Shown here piece by piece: positions 1 through 9,265 of a stretch of 64,000 bases of DNA. The notes under the pieces were generated by a model. The model searched no databases, was not told where the DNA came from, and saw only the letters and a program-made list of their open reading frames with translations. The stretch is from positions 16,835 through 80,834 of the forward strand of contig JAGVBU010000004.1 in NCBI GenBank assembly GCA_020059585.1, written 5' to 3'. Made by a program: the position numbers and the translations under genes. Source of the DNA: Minisyncoccota bacterium (lineage in GTDB: Bacteria; Patescibacteriota; Minisyncoccia; UBA6257; GWB1-50-10). How positions within the stretch are numbered: position 1 is the stretch's first letter; every line of letters starts with the position of its first letter.

Positions 1-368
1 TGGAAATTGAATCTGTGGAAAGAAAAAAAATATTCCCATGTGTTGTTGCTGTTGAACGCGTGCATGAGATTATCGAAATTATGAAAAAGAATCTACGCGC
101 GTATGAATTCGAAGAACACGATATCATAAAGATCCATGAAGGGGACGGATCTTTGGGAATGCCTAAATTTGCTCCATACGATAAGATTATCGCCGCGGCT
201 TCTGCGGATAAAATTCCCGACGCGTGGAAGAAACAGGTGCGCGTGGGAGGAAAAATAGTGGCTCCCGTGCGCGATACGATTGTAGTCCTCGAAAAGAAAA
301 ATACGGAACTTTTCGAAGAAAGAGTTTTTTTTGGGTTTTCATTCGTCCCGCTTATCGAAGGACGATAA
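1..368 (+). CDS. pcm: protein-L-isoaspartate O-methyltransferase, C-terminal part (5' end lies outside window)
   Basis: ORF 15..368 translation ends ...GGKIVAPV...FVPLIEGR, typical of the PIMT C-terminus. Only ~117 aa are present, so the gene starts upstream of the window. Confidence 0.5.
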   Translation, partial: EIESVERKKIFPCVVAVERVHEIIEIMKKNLRAYEFEEHDIIKIHEGDGSLGMPKFAPYDKIIAAASADKIPDAWKKQVRVGGKIVAPVRDTIVVLEKKNTELFEERVFFGFSFVPLIEGR

Positions 369-381
369 ATTTATTACAGTG

Positions 382-1515
382 ATGAAATTTCTCTCTCAAT
401 TAGAAAAAAAACACATTTCTGGAAGGACATTTCTTGTTCGTGTTGATCTGAACGCCGATTTTAAAAAGGGAACTTCCATGTTCCGTCTTGAAGCGGTGAT
501 TCCCACGTTATCTTTTCTTATAAAAAAAGGGGCTCGGAAGATAGTAATCGCGAGTCACCGCGGCCGCCCTGAGCGTCGCGCGAAAAGAGAGTCTCTTGAT
601 GTATTTGCTCCGATCATCGCGCATCGTACAAAAAAAGAGGTTGATTTTATATCGGCGTATAGAGTGGGAACACTTGCAGATGAGGCGCGGAAATCGGATG
701 CGCCGATTGTGCTTTTTGAGAATCTTCGTTTTTTTCGAGGAGAGGAAGTAAACGATCCGAGTTTTGCGAAAGCGCTTGCATCGTGCGCGGATATTTACGT
801 GAACGACGCTTTTGCCGTCAGTCATAGAAAAAACGCGTCAGTGTGCGCTATTACAGATTATCTTCCTTCATATTCCGGACTTCTTCTTGAAAAGGAACTC
901 GCGCATCTTTCCCGCGTACTAAAAGATCCAGAACATCCTTTTGTAGTGCTTATAGGGGGTGTAAAAATATCAGAAAAAACCGCAGTGATTGACCACTTAT
1001 GGAAACTCGCCGATTTATTTCTTCTTGGGGGAGCTGCGGCAAACACCTTTTTAGCCGCGCAGGGCGTTCCCATGGGAAGATCTGTATTCGACAAAAAGGT
1101 GATTGATAAAATGAAGAGCCGCGTATTTTCTCCACGCATAATTCTTCCCGTGGATGGGGTGCGGAGGCGCGGCGCGGTGATGGATATCGGACCCGAAACA
1201 GCCGCTCGCTATGCAAAAATTATTGCGTCAGCGAAAATGATACTATGGAGCGGTCCTTTTGGATTATTTCAAGAAAATGATTTTTCACACGGCACCGAAA
1301 TGATGTGGAGCGCGGTGCTTAAGAACAAGAATGCCCGTACTATTATTGGAGGAGGTGAAACAATCGCTTCATCGAGAGTGGTTTCCGGTTTTCAGTCGAT
1401 CATTTCTAGGCGAAAGAATATATTTCTTTCAACTGGCGGGGGGGCGATGCTTGAATATCTAAGCGGGAAAGCATTGCCGGGGGTCGTTGCGTTGGAAAAA
1501 AATAAAATACAATGA
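382..1515 (+). CDS. pgk: phosphoglycerate kinase
   Basis: Translation has FLVRVDLN..., the GGGETIASS motif and the typical PGK length. Start chosen at MKFLSQL (ATG 382) inside ORF 331..1515. Confidence 0.9.
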   Translation: MKFLSQLEKKHISGRTFLVRVDLNADFKKGTSMFRLEAVIPTLSFLIKKGARKIVIASHRGRPERRAKRESLDVFAPIIAHRTKKEVDFISAYRVGTLADEARKSDAPIVLFENLRFFRGEEVNDPSFAKALASCADIYVNDAFAVSHRKNASVCAITDYLPSYSGLLLEKELAHLSRVLKDPEHPFVVLIGGVKISEKTAVIDHLWKLADLFLLGGAAANTFLAAQGVPMGRSVFDKKVIDKMKSRVFSPRIILPVDGVRRRGAVMDIGPETAARYAKIIASAKMILWSGPFGLFQENDFSHGTEMMWSAVLKNKNARTIIGGGETIASSRVVSGFQSIISRRKNIFLSTGGGAMLEYLSGKALPGVVALEKNKIQ

Positions 1516-2345
1516 AAAAAGATATACTAGTGCTTTATCACAAAAATTGTTCGGACGGATTCGGCGCGGCATGGGCGGCGTGGAAGAAGTTCGGAAATAC
1601 AGCGGAATATATTCCGCTCGTTCCGGAGGTTCTTCCCTCATCTTTTCCTAAAAAAAAGAAGATATATTCAGTCGATCTTAGTTATCCTGTTTCAGTACAG
1701 AAGAAACTTCGTAGACACAATACATCGCTTACGGTCATTGATCATCATGTGAGCAGGAAAGAGGATACAGAAGCATTCCCCGAAAATATATTTGATAATG
1801 ATCATTCGGGAGCCGTGCTTGCTTGGCAGTATTTTCATCCGAAGAAACCTGTTCCAAAACTCCTAAAACACATTGAAGATATTGATCTCTGGAGATGGAA
1901 TCGTGCAAATACCAGAGAGATTATTTCCGCGCTTGCCCTCCGCGCCTTTGATTTTAGCGCATGGGATGCGTTCGCAAACGCCCTTGAAACCCCGAAGGGA
2001 AGAAAGAAAATTATATCAGAGGGAACGATTATTTCCTTATACGAAGGGAAAATAATTGAAAAAATGGTGGGAAGCGCGGTCCCTGTGGAATTTGAGGGAA
2101 TGCGTATGCTTGCGGCAAATTCACCTATTCTTAATTCGGAAGTTGCGAATGCGCTTTTGGAGAAATTTCCTCCTATGGCGATTGTGTGGCGAAGCTCGGG
2201 TGAGGAGGTATATGTATCACTCCGTTCTGATGGAACGGTAGACGTTTCAAAAATTGCCGCGAAATATGGGGGAGGGGGGCACGCGCGCGCATCTGGATTT
2301 GTTTTGAAATCGAAAGGGAACTTCCCTTGGAAGACGCTTGAATAG
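1512..2345 (+). CDS. DHH/DHHA1 family phosphoesterase (NrnA-like oligoribonuclease/pAp phosphatase)
   Basis: DHH motif (VIDHHVS) and DHHA1 GGGH motif (GGGGHARASGF). ATGA overlap with the pgk stop. Confidence 0.75.
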   Translation: MKKDILVLYHKNCSDGFGAAWAAWKKFGNTAEYIPLVPEVLPSSFPKKKKIYSVDLSYPVSVQKKLRRHNTSLTVIDHHVSRKEDTEAFPENIFDNDHSGAVLAWQYFHPKKPVPKLLKHIEDIDLWRWNRANTREIISALALRAFDFSAWDAFANALETPKGRKKIISEGTIISLYEGKIIEKMVGSAVPVEFEGMRMLAANSPILNSEVANALLEKFPPMAIVWRSSGEEVYVSLRSDGTVDVSKIAAKYGGGGHARASGFVLKSKGNFPWKTLE

Positions 2346-2374
2346 TTTTTTGTTTTCTTGATAGTACGCATTTT

Positions 2375-2800
2375 ATGGAAAAAAAAGAAAAAATATTTAT
2401 ATACACTGACGGAGGCGCGCGAGGAAATCCGGGACCCGCGGGAATTGGCGTCGTGATGGAATTTCCCAAGGGTTTTAAAAAAATATATAACGCGCACATC
2501 GGTACTGCTACGAACAATGTTGCGGAATATTCCGCGGTGATTTTCGCGCTTTCGAAGGCACGCGCGCTTATTAAAACGCCCAAGGACTCGGTTGTTGAAA
2601 TACGGTCTGATAGTGAGCTTCTCGTAAAACAGATGAAGGGAGAATATAGGGTAAAAAATGAGGGATTGCGCCCTCTTTATGAAAAAGCCAAGAGTCTTAC
2701 GGAGGAATACGGAAAGGTATATTTTGTGCATATTCCGCGTGGAAAGAATAAGGAATCCGACGATCTCGTAAATCGTGCCCTTGATGGTGATCTTGTGTAA
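2375..2800 (+). CDS. rnhA: ribonuclease HI
   Basis: N-terminal YTDGGARGNPGPAGIGVV motif and the characteristic 141-aa length. Confidence 0.85.
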   Translation: MEKKEKIFIYTDGGARGNPGPAGIGVVMEFPKGFKKIYNAHIGTATNNVAEYSAVIFALSKARALIKTPKDSVVEIRSDSELLVKQMKGEYRVKNEGLRPLYEKAKSLTEEYGKVYFVHIPRGKNKESDDLVNRALDGDLV

Positions 2801-2897
2801 AGATTTGTTTTATTGTATAATTATAAGAGTTGGTCACACGATAGCCCCGCCGATCCACGGACCGGCGGGGAGGAAAGTCCGGACACTCAGTCTCGTG

Positions 2898-3060
2898 CGG
2901 AGCACAAGGAAATTCCAAACATCAAACACCAAATCTCAAATAAATCACAACGACCAAAATTCAAAATCCGAAATATTTTTGGAATTTGAAAAAATTGGAA
3001 TTTTGATATTGTTTGGATTTTGGGATTTGTGTTTTTAGATTTTCTCGCGTTCCGCGCGAG
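2898..3060. repeat. ~160-nt repeat element, copy 1, embedded in rnpB (AT-rich imperfect palindrome ending in CTCGCG-TTCC-GCGCGAG hairpin)
   Basis: ~93% identical to 3238..3393; begins CGGAGCACAAGGAAATTCCAAACATCAAACACC... Confidence 0.65.
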
Positions 3061-3237
3061 GCAAGGATAGCGGGTAATGCCCGTCGAGAGTGATCTCAGA
3101 GGTGCGAACAGTGACGCCTACGGCGAAAGCCAAGGGGGACCCCATCCCAGCGCAGTTGGTCCAATTCCGTTATAGGGATAAAAAACGGAGGTGAAACGGC
3201 TAAATCCTTATCTGAGTGCAAGACCGTGTCACTTGTT

Positions 3238-3393
3238 CGGAGCACAAGGAAATTCCAAACATCAAACACCAAATCTCAAATAAATCACAATGACCAAAAT
3301 TCAAAATATTTTTGGAATTTGAAAAAATTGGAATTTTGATATTGTTTGGAACTTATGGTTTGTGTTTTTGGATTTTCTCGCGCTCCGCGCGAG
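3238..3393. repeat. ~160-nt repeat element, copy 2, embedded in rnpB
   Basis: Direct repeat of 2898..3060, with a 5-nt indel (CCGAA) and a few substitutions. Confidence 0.65.
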
Positions 3394-3641
3394 TGGAGAG
3401 TCGCTTGAGTCCGAGAGTAATCGAGGACCTAGATAAATTATCGTATAAACAGAATCCGGCTTATGACTAACTCTCTCCCGCCCGCGTATATACGCGGGCG
3501 GGATTGTTTCCGTGGATACCATATACCGTCCCAGAGTCTTGTGGGGAAATTTTTGCGGTATGTGGCGCATATATTCCGCTTATTCTCTCACGGGGTTGAC
3601 ATTAGGACGTTTTTTTATAAGAATGTATATGAATTTAATAG

Positions 3642-3869
3642 ATGGAAAATAATTCAAAGCTTGTCCGTATCGAGGGTATTGTCGAAGAGGCGTTACCTGG
3701 GTTGATTTTTAGGGTCAAAATAATTTCCAACGGAGAAACGCGGGAGGTGTTAGGTCATCCTGCGGGGAAGATGAAATTGCATCGTATAAGAATAATCCCA
3801 GGAGACAGGGTGTCTCTCGAAATGCCGAACGTCAATGATCGACGGGCGAGAATCGTAAGGCGATTATAA
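3642..3869 (+). CDS. infA: translation initiation factor IF-1
   Basis: 75 aa with an S1-like fold signature ...[20 protein letters not shown]... Confidence 0.9.
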   Translation: MENNSKLVRIEGIVEEALPGLIFRVKIISNGETREVLGHPAGKMKLHRIRIIPGDRVSLEMPNVNDRRARIVRRL

Positions 3870-3873
3870 AAAT

Positions 3874-3990
3874 ATGAAAGTTCGTGCATCGGTGAAAAAA
3901 ATATGCCAGCATTGTAAAACCGTTCGCAGAGACGGCAAACTTTATGTCATTTGTAAAAAAAATCCGAAACACAAACAAAGACAAGGGTAA
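3874..3990 (+). CDS. rpmJ: ribosomal protein L36
   Basis: Translated by hand as [38 protein letters not shown] (38 aa). Not in the ORF track because it is short. Confidence 0.85.
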   Translation: MKVRASVKKICQHCKTVRRDGKLYVICKKNPKHKQRQG

Positions 3991-4044
3991 ACAATAAACG
4001 AAAGAAATACCAAATTGGTTCTTAGGATCTAATATTTAATTACT

Positions 4045-4428
4045 ATGCGTATAAGCGGCGTAAACATACCAGATGATAAAAAAATAAGCATTTCGTTGCC
4101 GTACATATATGGTGTGGGACCTTTTTTGGCGAAAAAAATACTTCACGATACGAAAATAGATCCCGAGAAAAAAGCAAAGGAACTTACTCCAGACGAGGTG
4201 AATAAGATCCAATCTCTTCTTGATAAAAATCATAAAATTGAGGGGGAATTGCGTCAGATAGTAAAACAAAACATTGGCCGTCTTCGTGATATAAAAAGTT
4301 ATCGCGGAGTGAGGCATCTCAGGCGTCTTCCTTCTCGAGGGCAGCGCACGAAAACAAATTCACGCACCATTCGGGGTAATGTGAGAAAAACAGCGGGAAG
4401 CGGAAAGAGAAAAGTTGAACTCAAATAA
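4045..4428 (+). CDS. rpsM: ribosomal protein S13
   Basis: MRISGVNIP...SYRGVRH..GQRTKTN..., the classic S13 sequence. Confidence 0.9.
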   Translation: MRISGVNIPDDKKISISLPYIYGVGPFLAKKILHDTKIDPEKKAKELTPDEVNKIQSLLDKNHKIEGELRQIVKQNIGRLRDIKSYRGVRHLRRLPSRGQRTKTNSRTIRGNVRKTAGSGKRKVELK

Positions 4429-4437
4429 TACATAATT

Positions 4438-4890
4438 ATGGGAAAGAAAAAAGTAGCGCAAAAAACAAAAGAGGAGCTTATTGCCGAATCCGAGAAGGTT
4501 GAAGCAACCGCGGAAAAGAAGGCGAGCCAAGGGGGTCGTCGCAAGATTGAGAAGGGGAGAATCTATGTGAATGCCTCGTATAATAATACGATTATCACGG
4601 TGACCGACGACCATGGAAATGTGGTGACATGGATGTCGGCGGGATCCATAGGATTTTCAGGACCCAAGAAGTCAACTCCTTTCGCGTCTTCAAAGGTTGC
4701 CGAGGCGATTGCGGCAAAACTTGAAAAAACAGGACCATTTAACGTCGATGTATATGTATCAGGAGTCGGAAAGGGACGCGATTCCGCAGTACGCACGTTT
4801 GGCGCCAAGAAATTCAATATATTGTCGGTAAAAGATGTGACGCCAATTCCCCATAATGGACCGCGTCCGCCGAAAGTGCGAAGAGTATAA
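4438..4890 (+). CDS. rpsK: ribosomal protein S11
   Basis: ...GRIYVNASYNNTIITVTDDHGN...KKSTPFASS... matches the S11 signature. Confidence 0.9.
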   Translation: MGKKKVAQKTKEELIAESEKVEATAEKKASQGGRRKIEKGRIYVNASYNNTIITVTDDHGNVVTWMSAGSIGFSGPKKSTPFASSKVAEAIAAKLEKTGPFNVDVYVSGVGKGRDSAVRTFGAKKFNILSVKDVTPIPHNGPRPPKVRRV

Positions 4891-4892
4891 AT

Positions 4893-5498
4893 ATGAAGAG
4901 TATTAAAGAAAAAAAAGAACGATCATTAGGAACAAAGCTTTTTTTGAAGGCGGAGCGTTGTAATTCCGCGAAGTGCGTCATGGTGCGCCGCCCATATCGT
5001 CCCGGACCTCATGGACAGAAACGTAAGCGCGCGGGGTCAGACTTTTCAAAACAACTCCAAGAAAAGCAGAGAATCCGTTTCATGTATGGGCTTACGAACC
5101 GGCAAATGATGAATCTTTTTAAGATTAAAGAAAAAGAGAAAATAATGAACATGCTCGAACATCGGCTTGATAGAGTAGTGTTTTTGATGGGCATCGCGGG
5201 CTCTCCCCGTATTGCGCGTCAATTTGTTTCACATGGTCACATTACGGTAAACGGAAGAAAAGTCACCATCCCCTCATTTCATGTGAAAGTGGGAGATGTG
5301 ATCTCGGTGCGTTCCGAATCAAGAAAGTCGAAACTTTTCGAGGAGCTCAGTCAGCATCTAAAAAAACACACGCCTCCGTCGTGGCTTAAAATAACAAGTG
5401 TTGAAGATGCAAAAGGTCAGTGCGTGAAGGAATTCTCTTCACGGGATGCGCAATTCCCGTTTGATGTAAATCTTGTTGGAGAATTCTTCGCAAGGTAA
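4893..5498 (+). CDS. rpsD: ribosomal protein S4
   Basis: Standard position in the alpha operon, a CNSAKC zinc-finger-like N-terminus and an S4 domain. Confidence 0.9.
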   Translation: MKSIKEKKERSLGTKLFLKAERCNSAKCVMVRRPYRPGPHGQKRKRAGSDFSKQLQEKQRIRFMYGLTNRQMMNLFKIKEKEKIMNMLEHRLDRVVFLMGIAGSPRIARQFVSHGHITVNGRKVTIPSFHVKVGDVISVRSESRKSKLFEELSQHLKKHTPPSWLKITSVEDAKGQCVKEFSSRDAQFPFDVNLVGEFFAR

Positions 5499-5508
5499 TT
5501 AAAAAAAT

Positions 5509-6261
5509 ATGCAGTACACGTATTTAAGTGATTCGGTAAAAATAGAGAAAATTTCGGAAAAAGACAACGTTGGATTGTTTGAGATAGAAGGACTTTATAC
5601 CGGTTACGGTACAACGTTGGGACACGCGCTCCGGAGAACTCTTCTTTCGTCTCTTCCTGGCGCGGCAATTACTCAGATAAAGATAAAGAGCGTAAATCAT
5701 GAGTTTTCTACGCTTCCGGGAATGCTTGAGGATATCGTTGAATTCAGTCTGAATTTAAAAAAAGTGCGTTTCCATTTTTTTGCAGATCAGCCTCAGACCC
5801 TCCTTTTAAAGGCAAAAGCCGAGAAAGAGGTCACTGCAGCGGATATCCAATCAACTCCCTTAGTGCAGGTGATAAATTCAGATCTTTATCTCGCGACGCT
5901 TACAAAAAAGAGCGCGGATCTTGAGGTGGAGCTTATTGTGGAAAAGGGACTGGGATATGTTCCTTCTGAAGCGCGTACGGTGGAACGTCTTTCTGTCGGT
6001 ACTATAGTGCTTGATGCGGTATTTTCTCCCGTGGTTCGTGTTTCTGCGGATGTAGAGAATATGCGCGTTGGAGACAGAACCGACTATAACCGTCTGAAAA
6101 TGGAAGTAGAAACAGATGGTTCGATCACACCCTCTGAAGCGATGCATAAAGCAGCGAGTATTTTAAAGGATCATTTCGAAAAAATTCTCGGGGTAGAAGT
6201 AACCGCGACGAGTCCGGAGGTCGCAAAAGGGGAAAAAAAGAAAAAAACAACGAAAAAATAA
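5509..6261 (+). CDS. rpoA: DNA-directed RNA polymerase alpha subunit, N-terminal domain only (no alpha-CTD)
   Basis: NTD motifs (GYGTTLGHALRRTLLSSLPGAAI...) are present. The ORF stops after 250 aa with a KKKKTTKK tail, so no CTD is encoded. Confidence 0.85.
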   Translation: MQYTYLSDSVKIEKISEKDNVGLFEIEGLYTGYGTTLGHALRRTLLSSLPGAAITQIKIKSVNHEFSTLPGMLEDIVEFSLNLKKVRFHFFADQPQTLLLKAKAEKEVTAADIQSTPLVQVINSDLYLATLTKKSADLEVELIVEKGLGYVPSEARTVERLSVGTIVLDAVFSPVVRVSADVENMRVGDRTDYNRLKMEVETDGSITPSEAMHKAASILKDHFEKILGVEVTATSPEVAKGEKKKKTTKK

Positions 6262-6462
6262 GGGCTTGATTGAAACATCCATATAAAATGCGTAGAATGT
6301 TTCAGCATCAAACCCTATCCCGCCTATATCGGCGGAACAATAAAGAAACTATAGAGAAAATGAACATGAGAATTTCAAAAAAAGAAATAACGTCGGAACA
6401 AGAAAATATAGGCGGGGTGCTCGGTGTTATGAGTGCTCACCCCGTTTGCAAATAATACTGGC

Positions 6463-6813
6463 ATGCGTCACCTGAAGAAAGGAAGAAAACTTGGTTTAAA
6501 GCGCGGTCCTCGCAGAGCGTTTTTGAGGATTCTTGCGAGCAATTTTGTAATGAAAGAGAGGATTCGGACGACTGAAGCTCGCGCGAAAGAAATAAAACCC
6601 CTCGTGGAGCGGCTCATCACGCATGGAAAGAAACAAAACGTTGCGGCGTTGAGGATTCTCATGACAAGACTTTCGAAACCTGCCGCGTATAAGGTATATT
6701 ATGAACTCTCCCCTCGATATAAGGAAAGGAAGGGCGGATATACGCGCGTGGTAAAACACATGCAGATGAGAAAAAACGATGCGTCGAAAATGGCAACGAT
6801 AGAATTTATATAA
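6463..6813 (+). CDS. rplQ: ribosomal protein L17
   Basis: MRHLKKGRKLG..., the typical L17 start, chosen inside ORF 6433..6813. Confidence 0.85.
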   Translation: MRHLKKGRKLGLKRGPRRAFLRILASNFVMKERIRTTEARAKEIKPLVERLITHGKKQNVAALRILMTRLSKPAAYKVYYELSPRYKERKGGYTRVVKHMQMRKNDASKMATIEFI

Positions 6814-6814
6814 T

Positions 6815-7156
6815 ATGGAACACATAATTGATGCGACACACAGGAAACTCGGGCGCCTTGCTTCTGAAATTGCAGTTATCCTTCAGGGAAAAACACACGC
6901 CTCATACGATCCGAAGATTTCCGGAACTGATACCGTGCGAGTGAGAAATATTTCAAAGATGGTAGTAACGGGAAAAAAATATGAGCAGAAGAAATACTAT
7001 AAGCACTCCGGACCCCTTGGGCATCTTAAGGAGAAAAAATTAAGCGACACACTCGATGAGAATCCAGAGTGGGTATTGCGTCATGCGGTAAATCTCATGC
7101 TTCCGAAAAACAAACTGCGCGCAAAGAGGATGAGGAGGCTCATTATGGAAAAATAA
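6815..7156 (+). CDS. rplM: ribosomal protein L13
   Basis: L13 family sequence; lies immediately upstream of rpsI as in the conserved rplM-rpsI pair. Confidence 0.85.
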   Translation: MEHIIDATHRKLGRLASEIAVILQGKTHASYDPKISGTDTVRVRNISKMVVTGKKYEQKKYYKHSGPLGHLKEKKLSDTLDENPEWVLRHAVNLMLPKNKLRAKRMRRLIMEK

Positions 7157-7161
7157 TTATT

Positions 7162-7647
7162 ATGGAAAAAAAAGAACGTATCACTACTAAGGAAAAAACA
7201 AAGGCTCCCGCGAAAGCGAAAGTTTCCGCGAAGGCTCCCGCGAAAGCGAAGGAAAAATATATCGAAGCGATAGGACGGAGGAAAACCGCAATTGCGCGCG
7301 TGCGCGTGTATGCTTCGGAAACGAAAAAAGGTTCATATAACATCGAAATCAACGGAATTTCTTTTGAAAAGTATTTTCCGAGCGCGAAACATCGAATCAT
7401 GGTATGTTCTCCCTTTGCTTCGATTGAATCTTCGTACGCAACGACCGTTCTCGCAAAAGGAGGAGGCGTTGGGGCTCAGGCAGAGGCGGTCCGGCTTGGT
7501 ATCGCCCGCGCGCTTATTGAAACGCTTCCTGAATTTAGAGCGAAATTTAAATCGCTTGGATATCTTCGGAGAGACCCTCGCATGGTGGAACGGAAAAAAT
7601 TCGGAAGCAGGAAAGCACGGAGACCACAGCAGTGGAGAAAACGTTAG
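7162..7647 (+). CDS. rpsI: ribosomal protein S9
   Basis: ...GRRKTAIARVRV... and a C-terminal basic tail ending ...RRPQQWRKR. Start chosen at MEKKERI inside ORF 7069..7647. Confidence 0.9.
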   Translation: MEKKERITTKEKTKAPAKAKVSAKAPAKAKEKYIEAIGRRKTAIARVRVYASETKKGSYNIEINGISFEKYFPSAKHRIMVCSPFASIESSYATTVLAKGGGVGAQAEAVRLGIARALIETLPEFRAKFKSLGYLRRDPRMVERKKFGSRKARRPQQWRKR

Positions 7648-7653
7648 AAAAAA

Positions 7654-7690
7654 ACCCGCCAACATCTGCAAGATTGTGGCGGGTTTTTTG
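7654..7690 (+). terminator. rho-independent terminator after rpsI
   Basis: CCCGCC-loop-GGCGGG stem followed by TTTTTT. Confidence 0.6.
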
Positions 7691-7748
7691 ACAAAACACC
7701 TATTTACATATATCTTTCTCTTAGTTCATAAGAAGGAGAACGAAATTA

Positions 7749-8204
7749 ATGAAAAGAAACGATCTTTCACCCATTGCGTACTATACGGAAGAGGATTTTT
7801 CTGATATCGAAAATTCAAATAATTTTTCAGAACTCTGTTCTGTTGCATTGAGAATACTTAGTCGCATGCCACAACCGATAGCGCAAGTGTGTGGCCCTAT
7901 TGGAACAGGAGGCAGAGGAAACATAGAAGAAAATTTGAAAGAATTTGAAAGAGTTATTGATGATCTTTCGGCTCGGGGAGAAATTGTCTTCACCCAGATT
8001 CCTTTTGAAGATCCTATGCAACGCATGAAAATGTTGCCGGAATATGAGGGTGGAATGCAGATATTAGAAGAATTCTATCTTCCTCTATTCGAGTCTGGAT
8101 TTATAAAAAAACTATATTTTATCCCTTTGTGGAATACATCAATGGGAGCGTCGTGGGAACATGAACAGGCAAAAAGATTAGGAATAGAAATACGATATAT
8201 ATAA
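7749..8204 (+). CDS. hypothetical protein (151 aa)
   Basis: Clean ORF bounded by terminators; contains a CGPIGTGG motif. No family recognised with confidence. Confidence 0.4.
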   Translation: MKRNDLSPIAYYTEEDFSDIENSNNFSELCSVALRILSRMPQPIAQVCGPIGTGGRGNIEENLKEFERVIDDLSARGEIVFTQIPFEDPMQRMKMLPEYEGGMQILEEFYLPLFESGFIKKLYFIPLWNTSMGASWEHEQAKRLGIEIRYI

Positions 8205-8226
8205 CCCCTTTTAGGGGTTTTTGTTT
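8203..8226 (+). terminator. rho-independent terminator
   Basis: AACCCCT-TTT-AGGGGTT stem followed by a T-run. Confidence 0.5.
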
Positions 8227-8871
8227 TCTGATATTATTCTTTTTATGAAAAAGATATTATCAATTGCTATTTTGCTATTAGTTGTTTTAGGAGTCTGGTG
8301 GTTCGTCAACGGAAAAAGAGACGAAGCAGTCGCGCCAGCAGAAAAAGAAATTGTAATGAACCAAGAAGAGAATAGTATGGTGCCTTTTGATTCAACGAAG
8401 ACATATAAGGCGGTGCTTCATACTGATAAAGGAGACATACGTGTCGCTTTTACGGCAAGCGCAACGCCGATTACCGTAAATAACTTTGTTTCTCTTGCAA
8501 AGAAAGGCTTCTACGCAAATACGATTTTTCATCGCGTTGTAGAAGGATTTATGATCCAAGGGGGAGATCCAAAGGGAGACGGAACTGGAGGTCCGGGATA
8601 TAGATTTGATGACGAACCTTTTGAGGGTGAATATGTACGGGGCACGGTCGCGATGGCAAATGCGGGACCGGATACGAACGGAAGCCAATTCTTCATTATG
8701 CACGCAGACGTACCACTTCCGAAAAATTACGTGATATTTGGAAAAGTGGAATCAGGGATGGATGTGGTCGACGCGGTCGCGACGGTACCCGTGCGGATAA
8801 GCGCATCAGGAGAAATGTCATCTCCGGTTACTCCCGTGAAGATAATTTCAGTGGAAATAATAGAAGAATAA
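8221..8871 (+). CDS. ppiB: peptidyl-prolyl cis-trans isomerase, cyclophilin type, with N-terminal membrane anchor
   Basis: ...FHRVVEGFMIQGGDP...GGPGYRFDDE...NGSQFFI... matches the cyclophilin signature; N-terminal TM helix. Confidence 0.85.
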   Translation: MFSDIILFMKKILSIAILLLVVLGVWWFVNGKRDEAVAPAEKEIVMNQEENSMVPFDSTKTYKAVLHTDKGDIRVAFTASATPITVNNFVSLAKKGFYANTIFHRVVEGFMIQGGDPKGDGTGGPGYRFDDEPFEGEYVRGTVAMANAGPDTNGSQFFIMHADVPLPKNYVIFGKVESGMDVVDAVATVPVRISASGEMSSPVTPVKIISVEIIEE

Positions 8872-8883
8872 TAAATTAAAATA

Positions 8884-9084
8884 ATGAGTATATTCGATCA
8901 ATTTAAAGCAGCATCCGATCTTATGAAGAATATGAGTCCTGATCAGATTTCAGAATTAATGAAACAGGCGGATGCGAGTAAAAATGAGATAGAAAACCTT
9001 GTTCGTAAAATAGTTGATGAAGAAGTGAAGAAAAAAAATTTACTTACACGGGAAGATGCGGAAAAAATTTTTGCAAAAAAATAA
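8884..9084 (+). CDS. small hypothetical protein (66 aa)
   Basis: ORF followed by a strong terminator at ~9104..9131. Confidence 0.35.
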   Translation: MSIFDQFKAASDLMKNMSPDQISELMKQADASKNEIENLVRKIVDEEVKKKNLLTREDAEKIFAKK

Positions 9085-9103
9085 TTTCTTCATTTTATTT
9101 CCA

Positions 9104-9131
9104 AAAAAACCACCCATCTGGGTGGTTTTTA
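9104..9131 (+). terminator. rho-independent terminator
   Basis: CCACCCA-TC-TGGGTGG stem followed by TTTTT. Confidence 0.55.
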
Positions 9132-9265
9132 AACGAAAAAAAAGTTATCCACATATTTTTTTTGATATAATAAATATATATACAGAATGTTTTTTTACAT
9201 TCTTCACATGCGGGAGCGCTTCGCGGGCGTGAACGCGAAAGGTCGAACCTTGAAAAAAAAATAAT

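Larger units (their letters stand above)
2826..3476 (+). ncRNA. rnpB: RNase P RNA (bacterial type A-like) with two large peripheral insertions
   Basis: P4 5' strand GGAGGAAAGTCCGGAC at ~2868 and P4 3' strand ACAGAATCCGGCTTATGAC at ~3448. P1 pairing is AGAGTTGGTCA (2826-2836) with TGACTAACTCT (3466-3476). P3 hairpin is CCCCGCCG...CGGCGGGG. GGGTAATGCCCG resembles the GGUAACGCC region of the type A consensus. Confidence 0.7.

Noticed and set aside
1835-2731. 298-aa minus-strand ORF antisense to the DHH phosphoesterase and rnhA
   Set aside because: It is a shadow ORF opposite two well-supported genes. Composition is Phe/Ser/Ile-rich and low-complexity.
2775-3570. ORFs 2775..3038 (+), 3301..3570 (-) and 3463..3705 (+) predicted in the six-frame track
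   Set aside because: They lie inside the RNase P RNA gene and its repeat insertions. Translations are low-complexity with no protein signature.
3596-3624. Possible promoter TTGACA...TATAAG upstream of infA
   Set aside because: The -35 hexamer is perfect, but the spacing to any reasonable -10 hexamer is 14 to 15 nt. The call is too uncertain to report as a feature.
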